A DNA stretch of 63,864 nt, filler included, from Klebsormidium nitens (lineage: Eukaryota > Plantae > Klebsormidiophyceae): assembly GCA_000708835.1 (NCBI GenBank). It is 6 parts of 6 records of this genome, joined end to end, with 100 filler letters (N's around TTAATTAATTAA, not from the genome) between each part and the next. Parts side by side here need not be neighbours in the genome. Positions count along the whole stretch, not along the records: positions 24,662 to 42,644 come from DF237956.1; positions 42,745 to 49,447 come from DF238337.1; 4 more parts are not named here. One strand, 5' to 3'. The notes beneath the pieces are model-generated. The model ran no database searches, was not told the DNA's origin, and was given only the letters and a program-made list of their open reading frames with translations. The position numbers and the translations under genes were made by a program. Numbering within the stretch: the first letter of the stretch is position 1; each line of letters begins with the position of its first letter. Positions 36,101-48,922 of the stretch are shown here, piece after piece.

Positions 36101-37101
36101 GGTGGAGACAGGTACGAAGACTTACCCAAGACTGCAGGGTCTGGAACCCCCGCCGCTGCACACGACCGAAGCTATCTGTCAGCACTCCACACGCAGTCAC
36201 TGGATAAGCCAACAGCAAATGCTAAGCAGGCTATGGGATTGGAAGTAGTTTCTCTGCACCGCAAAACCTTTCCGCCTGCATGTTGCCATGACCCACAGAG
36301 CAACACACCAATCTCAGGCAAACCCAGATACAAAAACCCTTCTTAAGCAGCAACAATCGAGACAGATTGCCATGGCTCATTGAGCAGACACCTGAACTGC
36401 AGGCAAAGACAGATAGAAAACCCTCTGTGCGGTGTGCCCTACCACTCTCTTTGAGAAACATCGACAAGCAGCAGGGGAACTGCCTGCAGCACAACATTGG
36501 CAGCAGAACGCCGCTCATGGTCTTTTCCCATCTGTGCGCTGGATTGCTGGGCTGCTCCAAGGAGACCGCTCTCCATGCGTAAGACGACGGGAGACGTACC
36601 TGGTGTCTGCTGCGGCTTCAAGTTTTCCACCTCCGCCTGCGCGAGCGCGATCAGTCGTTGCTCCAGCGCAGCCTCCTTCTGCCGCAGCGCGGCCTTCTCC
36701 TGCTGCAAGAACTCTGTGCTCTTGCCTGCAGCCGCAGCAGTCTTAATCTTGTTCTCCACATCGTCAATCTCCTTCTCCACACGCTTGATGCTCGACTTGA
36801 GAGCCTGTGCCTCATCCTTGACCTGTTCAGCCTGAGGCACACTGTCAACCAAGTTGGAACTTCCAATAGACTCTACTCCCTCCCAAGGAATCTCTGCCCT
36901 CGGCGAGAAGCGCCTCAATCCTGACCCCACCCTGTAGTCGGAATGGAAGCGGCCCAGCCTCAATACCTCAAACAGAGAGGGAGGAAGTGTCCTGAAAGCG
37001 AATCGCTGGGGCGTTGCAGGGGCAATGTCTGCCTGCCCGCGCGAACATGAAGTTTTTGCCCCAGCCACTTCGAAATTGAAGAGCACTGCGGCAGACGCCA
37101 T
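33169..37101 (-). CDS. Crinkler/RHS-like effector: coiled-coil + P-loop NTPase + PD-(D/E)xK-like endonuclease (multi-exon, small gap inside)
   Basis: KSSIKRVEKEIDDVENKIK coiled-coil; IVIRECY...VILSGTPGIGKS (Walker A); VWLVQDG...VVLCSP..DNY; VWTLEELLECR...RFEQFGGVVRSVL; GSSLEAYGH; YVRPTARDQ..; IYAVQFTRNPGHGI...VVLAVP..KFDNY..Q...IKQWVVRL. Confidence 0.8.
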
Positions 37102-37196
37102 TCACCTCACCAGTGACGCAAAACTCAGTGACGTCAGTGACGTCCCGCAGAGACGGTGAATGCGGAGCCATTCCACACTGCCACTCGCCCTCGCAC

Positions 37197-37769
37197 GGTA
37201 GACCCTACGGGTGCACGACCTTCAAAATTGACCCGGACGCGGTCCCCGCGGTCGCGCGAAATTTCACTCTATGAAATTTTGTCGCACCGTAGACTGCCGA
37301 CTTGCGGCCGACACTTAGCAGAATTGGGTCAGGTTCTTGCGAAGTCCAGTCTGCATTTCAGTCCTGTAAGAAGTACCCTATCCCCCGGGCAGGTCAACCA
37401 GACCGTAGCAGGACTGCTTTGGGCGACAGCATTCTGCCCGGCTGGCTTTGCAGGCGCGGCATTCAACCGAGCACTGTTGTCCCCTTGCGGGTCCTCGGTT
37501 GACTGCCGTGCCTGCACAGCCAACCGGGCAGAATGCTGTCGCCCAAAGCAGTCCTGCTACGGTCTGGTTGACCTGCCCGGGGGATAGGGTACTTCTTACA
37601 GGACTGAAATGCAGACTGGACTTCGCAAGAACCTGACCCAATTCTGCTAAGTGTCGGCCGCAAGTCGGCAGTCTACGGTGCGACAAAATTTCATAGAGTG
37701 AAATTTCGCGCGACCGCGGGGACCGCGTCCGGGTCCAATTTTGAAGGTCGTGCACCCGTAGGGTCTACC
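37197..37769. mobile_element. 573-bp foldback MITE (almost entirely palindromic) with 8-bp target-site duplication
   Basis: Arms 37197-37471 and 37494-37769 are near-perfect reverse complements (termini GGTAGACCC...GGGTCTACC) around a 22-nt loop. CCTCGCAC is duplicated at 37189-37196 and 37770-37777. Confidence 0.95.
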
Positions 37770-38358
37770 CCCTCGCACTCGAATTCGATCATGATGTTGG
37801 TTGCAAAAGCCAGAAGGTTTCTTCGTCCGGAACGGAACTGAAAAAGCTCTGCAATGCAGTCACTGCGGTTCACGTATGAGTGGTTCACCACAGCGTTGCT
37901 GGGCGTTCCTCACCTGCGGATTCGGCGGTGTGAGTATGTATACCTATATGTGCCTATAATTTGATTGTGCATGTACAGTGATTGATCGAACATGTCAGTA
38001 CGTGTGCAGTGCAGCCTAGCCTGCTTAGTATGATTCTTGTGCAGATATACCTCAGTAACCGTATAATGTGTGCATAAGCTTTTTAAATTGATTTATGCAC
38101 TGACAGCATGCCAGCGCATGTGCTAACATACACGTGACGGCTGGGGCAGCCGGGCATCACCAGGAGCATGGGCTGGCACATGGTCCGGGCCTTTGACTAG
38201 CAGATTGCAATGTTGTCACAAAGACGTGGTAACAAAAGATTCTGAGCTCATCAGGCTGCAGCCGCCTGAGGTGGATCAATGTGAAAATCACGAAAGCAAG
38301 CCAAAAATCGGACTTGAATGATTGATAAGCTTCCGGTGTGTGTTCAAGCAGACTACGT

Positions 38359-41300
38359 TTAATGGACTGCTTCTTGGACGCCGTTGGGAATGACTTGTCC
38401 CGACGCCCTTGCTCGGTGCAGCACAGCCGACACATGCTCAAGGTTTTGCTGCCAGCTTGCTAGTCGCGTCTGCAGCTCCTTCCATTGCGGAGGCCCAAAG
38501 ACGCGCTGTGTTGTTCTATTGATCACCACCACCTGTCGCAGTTGATCCAATTTCGCCTCCAGGACCTTTGCAGCGATCGCCCGCACAATCCAAAGCTCCA
38601 CATCGTCTTCCTCGATCTGCAAGAAGCGGAGAGGTTTACTCTTCAGTCCGATGGATACCAAAGCTGTGGAAAAGATGCTGTGAGAGATGTGCGGCTGCAA
38701 AGACCTCAAGAACCATCTCGCGGAGAGGAACGAGCATCCCTCTGCTTCTTCAAACTTGACCATAACCCACGAGCGAGGGTCCTCCATATTGCACTATCCA
38801 AAACAAAGTTCATGCGGATGTGTCCTACTTCAGTTCGAATCAAGATGATGGATGACATTTGACACGAAATTTCGCAACCTCGGCACTTCAGAAGAACCAA
38901 AGCAACAAACAGAATGGGCGGCGAGCACCAACTTCAACCAGATCTGAACAAGAAGCTTGCAAGTAACGCCCAAGGCCCTTAAATGCATCCATCAGCCCTA
39001 CGAATGGGCCTAAGGAGACGCCAGCTAGGTCTCTCACCAGCAGCGTTTCTTCTACTTGCTTGTACGAGATCTCCCCAGACGACGTTTGAGCGCCCAGCGC
39101 AGACAGAGACAGCAGCCGACTCTTTGTCAGGTTGTCCTCGTGCGACAGACCTGAGGTGGAAAACAAACGAACGGTCAGTGATTGCTGATTGACACGCAAA
39201 CGGTGAGCTTGCTGATAGAGCAGAACCGACCCGAGCCGCACTTGCGCACATGCAACATGATAGAAACTCGTCAAATGCTGCCTTCGCGCAAAATCAACTT
39301 TAGTTCCATTCCGTTATTACTTTGTCCATTAAAGCCCACCTCTCTTCCAAAAGCTCGTTCTTATTACCGAGCCGTCTGAACATCTAGTTCTTCTTGCAAG
39401 ACAACGGACTGAACGGCCATGCGGCGAACAGTCTCCTTTGCGAGCAGGCTGGCAGCACGCGCTTCTCCAAGGATGCGGCCCTTACCGAGCTTTTGCAGGA
39501 GCGCCCCGTGCTTCTTCTCCCACCCGATGTATGCCTCCACCGTCTTGAGCAGAAAGATGGTCAGCAGCTCGTACACGGGCGCGTGCTCCGTGTCGGTCTC
39601 CAGGGCTTGGACGGGAGCCAGGTCCAACAGGTCAGACTGCAAGAACAAAAGCTAGATGTTCTGACAAGCGAATCGAAGTCGAGTTGTGCACAAATAAAGC
39701 GAGTTGGTCACAGGCCCTCGCTAACCTCAAACACAGGCCCTCGCTCGAAAAGTATCTCCGAACAACCTCTTGCTGGGGATTGCACACGTGAAAGGGTGAA
39801 GTGCAAAACCCGAGCTGCACAACCAGAAAGTGCACGTTCTGGCCCTGTTGATCGACAAAGCAGCCCAGCCATGTGACTGCCAGCCGATACGGAAACGGGT
39901 GAGTACTCGGTGCGCTTGCTTGAGACATTGCCACAAGCCCTCCGACTCGGGTGCTTCAATATGAATTACTCCCCTGGCATCAATCTGCCTCTGGTTGAAA
40001 CCTCAAATTACACTCTTCAGATTGTCGGAGGTAAGAACAATCTCCAAAGAGCCAAATTGCTTGATTCGACAAACCTTCCTGCCTCCCTTACCTGGAAAGC
40101 GTCAGGCGTTTTGATGTAGTCGACGGCTGCCCTGATCGCCCCTTCCTTTGCCTCCGGCGCACTTGCCTCGTCCTTGCTGAATGTGGCCAGGTACTTGACG
40201 AGGAAGGCAAAGGCGTCCTTTTTTGAGTCCTTGCTGCAAGAAAGCACGCATCAGATCGGAAAGACGGAATGCCTCCAACCAAAGAATCAGCTTCAGTCTC
40301 TGCAAGCAGATGCGAGATTGGTCCGCTTACTTTGGCATGCCCTTCGCCAATCAAGAGCAGCGGCCATGACGAGGAGTGGTGGTGTGATCCTTAACGCAGA
40401 CATTTTGCTGTCAGCACTGTTTGGAAAGCAGAAACCCTCTCTAATGCTTGGCTCATTGAAACACACCCAGTCGTCCCAATAATTGCACGATAGCATCATT
40501 ACTTCACGCCATTTGAAACAGATGCCCTCCAACAAAGGCGAACCTGCTGACTACTCACAGGCTACAGAAGAAAACCAACTCTTAGACACAAAAACATTGT
40601 TTTCTTACGTCTTGCCCTCCCGCAGGATTTGGGTAGCCAGCAGGAAGAGGCCGCGCTGCTCCTTGCCCCCGATGGCCCACTCCTTGATCAGCGCGTCGAG
40701 CTTCCGCAGCGTGGGGATCACCTGCTCCGGCGCCTTGCCATCCCGCGCCACCTCGAGGGCCTTGACGTAGACCGCATACCGCCCGTACGGGTGCTTCAGC
40801 TGGTTGTACACAAAGAACAGGCTGCACAAGCACAGAAATGTGCACATCAGCCCAGCCACAACAAACGGCAGTGTCTGGAAGGGAACAACACATGCGGCCA
40901 GGACCCGTCCACGAGGTGGGGACGGTTGACGGGCTAGGACAGCTGCTCAATGTGGTGAAAAGCGTGACACATCTTGGCCCCAGTAGATTGGCCCAATAGC
41001 CCCTTGTTTCATTGACTGTAGAAAAGTTGATGCCAGATTGGGCGCATTTGTTGCGTTTGAAAGCACCCAGCAATCGACCCATTGGCCATCAGGACCGCTC
41101 CGGATAACCTCGCCAAGCTATGGCTTTGGATACCAGCCATAGCATCCCCGCAGAATGTTGAGTGACAAACACTCACAGTCTGAGGCGGAGGGCAGGGCGG
41201 TCGGTGGGTTTCGCTGAGAGTTTGGCGGCGATGGCCTCTGCAGAGGAGAGCTGGTCTTGCCGGCTGGAGGACTTGGAGACCAGATTGGCGATGATGGTGA

Positions 41301-42437
41301 AGGCGCCCTCGACATCTGCGAAAAACCAACGGGCTGACCACATTGGTGCTCATCCAACGAGGCCACACGCCGGTGGCAGTAAGACTAGAATCTGGCATAA
41401 CGGCAGCACAGCATACTCCTATTGGAGGTGAGGCGTGCCGCTAGTCGTGGCTGACAGTCAAGTTCCCTAGCTTTGTTTGTAATGTGGGCTCTACTTGTGA
41501 GCTTGGCGTTGACCCACAGAGATAGTTGTGTGAGGAGATGCCATGTCAAACGACCTCCTGAAGGGCAAGATTCTCCGCAGTCGTGCACTTGTTTCCTCTG
41601 AATGTGTCGGGGAGAGCCGTAGAAGCAGATGCGAAAGACGCATTGATGCTCACCCTTGTCGCTCAACTCCTTCTCAAACAGAGCATCGGTGGCGCCCAGC
41701 AGATGGGCCACAAGCTCCACCCAGTTCTCTTCTGAGAATAGCGACTCAGTCCGCCCAATGAACCTGGTAGCCTCTGGATTGTCAACCTGCACGATAGGAA
41801 GACATTCCTCGCCGACCCATTAAGTGGACTGCTCAATTCTTCTCGGCTCAAAGATCAGAGTGAGAGTAGAGTGAGGGGCCTACGACTTGGCAACTTAACT
41901 TTTGAGCATTAAGTGGCCGGGCAGCGATTCAGCACCCAAGATGTTACAATATGTATTCTTGCATACTTCACAGCAATCGAGTGCCTCCTCATTTCGAGAC
42001 TGATAAACATCCCAGCCAAGCTCGTTGAATGTTAGGTAACTGGGTTTAATTGTTTGCGACAAAAGTATCTGCTTTGTTCCAGCGTCTTCTACAAATCCCA
42101 CATCTCTACATAACCACCATTACCATGCAACTGCAAGGCCCTTATGCTCTTGAGCAACAATCGATTGTGAAGCAACCGAGGTTATGGGCCGCTGTATCAA
42201 CTCCTAGAGGCGCCAATTGCTTAAAAATCAAGGCAACCAACGATGCTGAGGCCGTTGACCTTGATACCATGCAGATCACCGACCACGTGACAGTTTTCCT
42301 CAACAAGCATTGATTGATAGATAACAAAGTGCACCCACCAAAGCGCTCTGCTCCTCTGGCTTCCGAGAGAGATCTGCGAGGTGGTGTGCAAGAGCCAAAG
42401 TGGGCTCCTCCGTAACGGTCTCTACAAGAGTACTCAT
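38359..42437 (-). CDS. EIF3M: Eukaryotic translation initiation factor 3 subunit M (PCI domain)
   Basis: Exons MSTLVETVTEEPTLAL..., DVEGAFTIIANLV, RYAVYVKAL...LDALIKEW, AIRAAVDYIKTPDAFQ|SDLLDLAPVQAL, KSRLLSLSAL, DVELWIVRAIAAKVLEAKLDQ...QRVFGPPQWKELQTRLASW. Confidence 0.92.
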
Positions 42438-43163
42438 TGCAAACCCCCTCTCCGAACACAAGCCTTTGCACGTTCCACTTCTTCCCCAACAAATCCACCC
42501 CGGTGGTGCAGAGAAGGAAGGCGCTATTCCAATTTGTGCTCCCCGTTGCCCCAGGTGGCCCGCCCTGTGCTCCTTACTGAGCAGCTCCTTTAATACTTTC
42601 AAGTTTCAGCCTTCAGGCCTGCGACTCTGAGATTTTCCGTTTTGNNNNNNNNNNNNNNNNNNNNNNNNNNNNNNNNNNNNNNNNNNNNTTAATTAATTAA
42701 NNNNNNNNNNNNNNNNNNNNNNNNNNNNNNNNNNNNNNNNNNNNCGCAACCTAAAGCCTCTTTTCAGAAAGACTGTGTGCAAGGACTTTTGGTACTTTGT
42801 TGAGATCAGAAGGGATGACTCTCGCAAAGCCAGCACTTGCTCCCGAACTGCTTGCATGGAAAGATTGATTGCTCGGATTGATTCTGTGTATGAGAGCTTA
42901 TGCTTGCAGGTAATGCCGTAAGCATATTTTGGCTCCGAAAATCTTTGTACAAGGCGCACCAGCTTCCTTTTCACTTCTTTGTCATCACCTTCGCATTGAC
43001 ATCTTTGTCAAGCCCCAGCCGAGACTACTTTGTGTTGCTCTGAACTTCCCTTTCAAGTACCAATTCACGCAGCCTTTGCATGGTCAAGGCAATCAGTTGG
43101 GGGCCTCCTTGGACCGTGTCCTGAGATTCGTCATCAAGCTCAGAATCTACCTTCCTTTCCCAG

Positions 43164-46100
43164 AGTGACCCTTGGAGACCAGTCAGTCTATGAAGCCCAG
43201 GTCGTGGGGTACGACGAGGACAAGGACGTGGCCGTTCTGCACATTGACGTGGAGAACGAGGACCTCCGGCCGCTCTCCGTTGGGAGCTCGGGCGACCTCC
43301 TAGTCGGACAAAAGGTGTACGCCATTGGGAATCCGGTCAGTAGCAAGCATCCACACCTTTCTTATCTAGATTTGCAGTGGTTTCTTTTGTGTGAGCTTGC
43401 GGTGCAGGTGGCGTAGGTTTTTCTTTGATGACGCTTCTAAGAATTCTTGCGGTTACTTTTATGGCAACTCGACACGACGGTCACACTGATTGTGGCATAC
43501 GTTCAGTCAAGACGCTTCTCGTTGACCACATACCGGCATCTGCAGTCCTCCGTACGGGATTATAAAGCGTCTTAAATCAGTGCAGATAGATTGCTCTCAG
43601 GGAGGGTCGTACTTTCGTTATCGTTTCTTTGTTCTTAGGCACGATTTTGGCCCCTCTTTGCCAAAGTAGACTCCAGTCATCCGGCTCGCAGCATGCTCAG
43701 ATTTGGGCAGATGCTAGCTAGGTCTGTGCGTGGAAGTTCTGTCAGCTCAAGTCCTATCGTCCATGGTCCAATTTCATTGCCTTGTCTGTACTCTGACATC
43801 TGCGGAAGCGATTCAAAACAATTGCAGAGCGTTTTGTAGCTGCCAGTCTTTGTTTCCGCTAGGCTCATAGGCCCTCTCAGGCATCGGGTGCACTTAGACG
43901 AACCCCGCTCAATTGCATGTCATTATATGCGCTTCTTGCCAGCCCCTGTTTCTACAGGTAAAGTCTCTGGTGACGCATTCCTGATTGGGGCTGATGTTCC
44001 GCATCCCCATTTTGCAGTTCGGTCTGGACCATACGCTGACCACTGGGGTAATCAGGTGAGGCCTCAGCATTGCTTGAGGCAGATTCGGGTCATTCTGTTT
44101 TCTCCCTCTAAGTTCGGTCTCATGGTCACAAATTCGTCAAACGATTCTTCCTGAGGTCCACTTTGAATTTGTCTCAGGTTGTTGCCTTCCTTCCTCCGAG
44201 TCCGGTTTCATTGTCAAACATCCAGTTTTTAGCTGCCTCAGGTTGTTTCGTTTGCTTTCTCTGATTTCGGTCCATCAGTCAAAGGATTCTTCCTGACGCC
44301 CAGTCTTCATCTGTAATGCTTCGTACTACTCTTGGATGGGGGCTCAAACTAGCGAGCTCTCGGAACGACCCGGAAGATGAGCGGCTCAATCGTACCGGCA
44401 GCCGCCTTTAAATGGGCAAGGACGTTCATTCATTTGGAAATACTTGGGACCTGATAATCCTCATAGATGCGGCTGGTAGCAAGCTTCTCTTATATAGGCC
44501 AACAAAGCGTCTTGCCATCGCCACACAACTTCTGTCCGCGCATCGCCATCTCTACATCCTTCCAGAAAGCGAAAGTCGCATTCGTGGACGCGAGGCTCAT
44601 CTCTTCGTTTGATGTGCTCGCGACGCACATAGTCTTTCGTCTTCATTTCGTCCGCATACTCATACCTTTTTATTTGTCTGACACAGCGGCCTGCGGAGAG
44701 AGATCAGCTCTGCTGCCACGGGGCGACCCATTCAGGACGTCATTCAAACGGACGCCGCCATTAATCCGGGCAACAGCGGGGGCCCCTTACTAGACAGCAG
44801 TGGCAACCTGATTGGAATCAACACCGCCATTTATTCCCCATCCGGGGCGTCGTCCGGTGTCGGGTTTGCGATTCCGGCTGACACGGTGAGAAGCGCCGTC
44901 TTTGTTGAGCTCTAGTGTCCTCTTCGTTTCCCTGCGTTTCTACGCCGTTCAAAAGTCTTCCATATCCAGATTCTGCAAAATCTGCACAGATGTGTAGGAT
45001 AGACGGAAACTGACGAACCGCGGTCCGCACTTGTGGAAGCCCGTTCGCTCGGCTTTTCCCCAACGACTAAACCCCTTTCATATTCGACGTTCGGAGAGAC
45101 GTTACAGAAAAGGCCGGAGCGCCCTGGATTACTCATATTCAAAGCGTTCCGAAAGGCGACCTTTCGCTCGGAAATTGTAGATGGTATCCAGAATCTACCG
45201 GAATGTCTTGCGACGCTCATGTTGAAACGCACCGCCAACTCAGGCAACGCACCTCGTTAGGGATCCAGTTCCATAAAGCCTGTCCCCAGCAAACAATCAT
45301 CGAAGTTTCGCTTCCGAGACGTTCATTCGGCGGCGCCCGCAGGTGAGCGGCATCGTGGACCAGATCGTGCGGTTCGGCAAGGTGACGCGGCCGGTGCTGG
45401 GCATCTCGTTTGCGCCGGAGCAGGCCGTCGAGCAGCTCGGGGTGCAGGGAGTGCTCGTGCTGGACGCGCCGCGGGGAGGGCCCGCGGGAAAAGCGGTGAG
45501 TGTATTGGGGGGGCGGTGGGCATGAGCTGGAGTCTTGTGGCGCCTGGAGACGGCTCACTGTTGTGCTTGGGACTCTGTTTGATACGCAAGAAGGCAGCCG
45601 CTGTATCACGTGAGCTTCGTTCTTTGAGATGAGGGAAAGACGTTCTGTGCATTATGGAAGAGTTTCTATTCAACCTGAACGGGACAGCTGTTTGCATCAA
45701 ACCTGCCATCGAGTTCATAAGTTCTCCGAGCATGGTTCCTGAACTCGAGCCGTTCGGTCGCTTCTTTGTCATCGATTCGACGGTTCAAGTACCATCCTCG
45801 AAGCAAAATGGAACCCGATAGCAACTTTGACGCATAGAGCCGTATGTTGGTGCTGAAACCGCCGCTCACATGCCTTTTGACGAGCACCTGTTGCCGACGA
45901 GAGGTTCGTCTTTGGTGCGCGCAGGGACTGCGGCCAACGACTCGGGATGACTACGGTCGCCTCGTGCTAGGAGACGTGATCACGTCAATCAACGGACAGA
46001 GAGTGAAGAACGGAAGCGACTTGTATAAGATACTGGACCGGTGTAAAGTGGGCGATGAGGTGAGGCACCCAGGAGAGTGTCTGTCGAATGTCGAATGGTT

Positions 46101-46358
46101 TCATGTGCGGCCGTGATCTGCTGTTTGGTGCTGGCTTGGCCTCGCGATCTTCTTCCCCCCTTGTTGCTGCAATGTGTTCCCTAAGAAATGAGATTGATCG
46201 AGAAGGCTTTTTTGCTCCGACAGCCAGGCACCTCTCTTGCACAAGGACTTCTGATGACGGCTCATCCAATTCTGTCCTTTGTGCCGTAGGTGACTGTCGA
46301 GGTACTGCGGGGCAATTCCTCAGTCAAGGTGCCCATTATTCTGGAGGCCAAGGACTAA
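43164..46358 (+). CDS. DEG1: HtrA/Deg serine protease with PDZ domain, chloroplast Deg1-like (5' exons not visible, probably in the gap)
   Basis: [35 protein letters not shown]|[54 protein letters not shown], ends ILEAKD*. Confidence 0.9.
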
Positions 46359-47863
46359 ATTTCCGACTCACCTATTTCTTGCGCCCCGCACCAGCGGCAA
46401 GGAGGCTTGCCTCGCCCCCTTCATACATGTTGCAGATTATAGAAGTCCGCAGGTCTACCCACGGTATTTCGAGAATGAACATAGGCTGAGGTGCTGATGT
46501 CGCCCCACTGAAAGAGTTTCCGCTGCATCCGTAAAGGCCAATCCATGACTTGGCCCTTTGGGTTTAGAATCGAGTTGCTCAAGTTTTAATACAGAGACGT
46601 GGGCTAAATCAGCTGCAGACCAGAATCTGATCACCCTTCACCCTCGAGCCTACATTGAAAATAGCTTATTGTGGGTTTCACTGTCCAGCGATCATACATG
46701 CAAGCATCTGACCTCAATGGAGGAGCTACCGTCTTGCTTTGTCGGCTGAAGGATTGTTTTTGTTTGCTGCATCTGGATTGAAACGAAGGCAACGGGATGA
46801 AACCGTCCGGCGTTGTCCGCAAACAAATTACATGATGCATACCTCCAAGCTAGGATTGCTGCCGCCACCTCCATGATGTATCCCTAGTCAACGCGTGTCA
46901 AAATGAGATTATGACCAGCTTCAACATTAGTTCGTTCGAATGCGCACCTGTTGAATATTTGCACATTGCGTGACACACACAAGCGGACACGCATATATGC
47001 GGCTAGAACTCAGTATTTACTGGGCAGTACGGACGTATATGCGCTGGCCGTGGCCCGCCGCAGCCGCATTTACCAGGCTACATACATATGGCATGCATAT
47101 GTAGACTCAATATCGATCTTGAGCTCGAGGCTAGGTGCAATGATCATATGTTTACAAAATACCTATAAGGTCATGCTTCAATGGATCGGATGATTCGTGC
47201 ACAGGTTTCGAAAAGTATAACTTATACAGTCCAGGTACATACTTTTTGCAGCTACCTATGCGGGCGCGCATGCATGTGCACTTTACTTAATCCCAGATCA
47301 TATATCGGTTGCCTTGCACTCGAGACGTACAGAAGGATTATAAAGGGCAGTGATAATTTGACCTTTCGCGGCCACCAAAGAGGTCCTTCTTGTAGGTCAC
47401 CATGCATGCAATACAAACTTATTGCCAGAAATGCCCTTGGTGTGTTCAAACAACCGGAGCATTATGCATGGATACTTGATCAGAGTGCTATTACAGTTAA
47501 GAGCATAATCTGAAGGAGCCACTGCCCCCGTGGAGTAGTCAGCAACGCCTACTCTTGTTTGGCCTACTGCTAGCAGTCCATTACATGGTGAAACCCATCT
47601 TAACCATGCGGAAACTTGCTCTGACTATGTATGACAAGCTATGTATGCACGGTTCAGCTGTTCCGGCACTTTGCGGATCATGTGTCAATGGACCATCATG
47701 ATTTTTTGTCTGCTTGCTTAACACAATAATCCTGCAGGAACTACCTAAGATCTTGCAGACCCTCTATTTTACAACGATTTCTTCTCCTACAGGTTTGACC
47801 TAGTGCGGAGGGATTACAGAAGGACCAAACCACCGAACGACCTGACGACCTGCTCACAGGCAC

Positions 47864-48922
47864 TTAGAAGAACAGCAAGCAGAGGAGGACAAACGACCCG
47901 AGCATAACGAGCAATCGCGACAAAAACGCTTGCTGCTGTTGTTCGGGCGTCAGCGCTGCCCTTGGGACCGGGGCGACCCCAGTCCCATCATCTGGAGCGG
48001 CAAACCCTGCTGGCATGGGGTCTCCCGTATACGCCTGCCATTGCAGCCCCAGGAGTGAGGGGAAGAGACCGAACCCTGCTGAAAGTGTAAAGTTCCCAAA
48101 CTGAGCGGAAGGGCCTGCCATAAACCCAAACGGCCCCATCTGCGGTGCCCTTTGGGACTCTGGTCGCTGGCCTGCGGGACGTCGAGGAATCTCAGGCCCT
48201 GACACGGGCTTAGTCCGTGGATCTTCACCTGAGGTCCCACGGCCGTACAAAGGGATCACATTCTTCTCGCTGACACCTGCCTTGCACACCGGACACTCCT
48301 TGCATTGAGAGTGCAATCGCAACCACCTGCCAATGAGACAAGCACCCGGGTATCTGCAAATGCTGGTCTTGCAGGCTATCATTCCTGTGAGTTTCGAGCC
48401 CGATTGCCAAGGCCCCCTTCTTAGATTTGCAAACATCGGCTGGGTGCAGTCACGATGGAAAACTTGAGCCAAACCTTCTTTTTGAGCCTTTAGAGTTTCT
48501 TCAAGGAGGATAAAGAGCCAGGATACCAGCTTGTAATTCTTATAAGCTACACATGCAACTGAGTGGTGATTCGCGCAAATGGCATCAAATACCTACGTGC
48601 CAGATGCAGACTCGACAGAAGCGACAGCTTACCTATACAAGCAGGGCCAGCAGAACAAGTGGCCACACAACGTGACGACCGGATCCTGCGCAAGCTCCAG
48701 ACAGATGTTGCACTCAAAACTCCCTCCCTCCCCATTTGCACTGGCTGTCCTTTCGCTCCACTCCCCTTGCTCAAAACCCGCCCCTCCTGAGGTAGAAGGC
48801 TGCGCAGCAGTTTCCCGCTCCATGCTTGCCTGCTCCCCTGTCTTCGCGTCAGTCTGCCTTCTGCCGCTCTGGTCTCCTTCTGAGCTTACGCCTTGGTTCC
48901 TACTCCGCAGCCCCTCGGACAT
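47864..48922 (-). CDS. RMA1: RING-HC E3 ubiquitin ligase, RMA1/RNF5/RNF185 family, tail-anchored
   Basis: [29 protein letters not shown]|[16 protein letters not shown]...VIPLYGRG...[10 protein letters not shown]...[19 protein letters not shown]. Confidence 0.92.

Noticed and set aside
37156-37755. Several overlapping ORFs, mirror-identical on both strands
   Set aside because: They are a by-product of the palindromic MITE.
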